Shown here: positions 63,319 to 64,000 of the stretch, piece by piece
Layout of the letters: the number at the start of each line of letters is the position of its first letter
How positions within the stretch are numbered: the first letter of the stretch is position 1
From: Candidatus Latescibacterota bacterium
Lineage (GTDB): Bacteria > Latescibacterota > UBA2968 > UBA8231
Reading direction: 5' to 3'
Assembly (NCBI GenBank): GCA_965219385.1
Contig: CBDCNM010000002.1
Span: forward strand, 2,598,936-2,662,935
Length of the DNA stretch: 64,000 nt
Made by a program: the position numbers and the translations under genes
Notes under the pieces: generated by a model
Databases searched by the model: none
What the model was told of the DNA's origin: nothing
The model's input: the letters and a program-made list of their open reading frames with translations, nothing else

Positions 63319-64000
63319 ATGAGCCATCCTCTCTTCGATCTGAGCGGCCGCGTGGCCCTGGTCTCCGGGGCGGCCCGCGGCCTGGGCCGGGCCATGGCCC
63401 TGGGTTTTGCCGAAGCCGGCGCCGATCTGCTGCTGGCGGACAGAGACACCGCGGGCATGGCGGACACGGCGGCCCACATCAAGGCCCTGGGTCGGCGGAT
63501 CCGGGCCGCCCCCTGCGACGTCTCCGATCCCGAGCAGATCGACGCCCTGTTCGCGCACCTCGACCGGGAGTACGGCCGCATCGACATCCTCGGCAACGTG
63601 GCTGGCGACGGCCTGCTGTGCCGGCCCGAGGACCTCAGGCCCGAGCAGGTGGCGCAGGTGCTGCAGAATCTGGTGGTCGGCCGCTTCCACTGCTCCCGGG
63701 AAGCAGGCAAGCGGATGCTAACGGCCGGCAAGGGCAGCATCATCAACATCGGCTCCCTGGCCAGCACCACGGCCCTGGGCCGCGGCCACATCGCCTACAG
63801 CATGGCCATGGGCGCGGTGGTCCAGATGACCCGCGAACTGAGCACCGAGTGGAGCGCCCAGGGGGTGCGGGTCAACGCCATCCTGCCGGCCCAGGTGCTC
63901 AACCGCGGCCTCGAAGAGCGCCTGCAGGCCGACCCCGGGCTCGAGCAGACCTACCTGCGCGGCATTGCCATGGGTCGCCTGGGCGTGCCCGACGACATCA
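63319..64000 (+). CDS. SDR-family oxidoreductase (runs off the window end)
   Basis: VSGAARGLG, GSIINIGS, GVRVNAILP; YSMAM at the YxxxK position. Confidence 0.9.
   Translation, partial: MSHPLFDLSGRVALVSGAARGLGRAMALGFAEAGADLLLADRDTAGMADTAAHIKALGRRIRAAPCDVSDPEQIDALFAHLDREYGRIDILGNVAGDGLLCRPEDLRPEQVAQVLQNLVVGRFHCSREAGKRMLTAGKGSIINIGSLASTTALGRGHIAYSMAMGAVVQMTRELSTEWSAQGVRVNAILPAQVLNRGLEERLQADPGLEQTYLRGIAMGRLGVPDDI

Overview
GC-rich bacterial window. The gene content (seven PhyH-family dioxygenases, Gfo/Idh/MocA enzymes, beta-propeller and TIM-barrel glycoside-hydrolase-like proteins, PorV/T9SS-type cargo, a WD40-FlgD protein, a 'SWGALK' C-terminal tail) suggests a Latescibacterota/FCB-like organism, possibly a symbiont; this is inference only. 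The main feature is a ~17.2 kb minus-strand CRISPR-Cas cassette (13031-30272). It holds a type I-G module (cas3, frameshifted csx17/cas8g, csb1, csb2), a Phd-VapC toxin-antitoxin pair, a very reduced type III module (HD-less 489-aa Cas10 with intact GGDD, Csm2, Csm3, Csm4; no Csm5, no Cas6), a CARF-HEPN effector, a cas4-cas1 fusion, cas2 and one 19-repeat array. The cassette is bracketed by a perfect 31-bp direct repeat and encodes no integrase. Elsewhere are cysS, a tRNA-Asp 3' fragment (att-like), many pseudogenes and gene shards, IS remnants, short tandem duplications and a second TA pair. All calls come from motif recognition by eye; no database searches were run.
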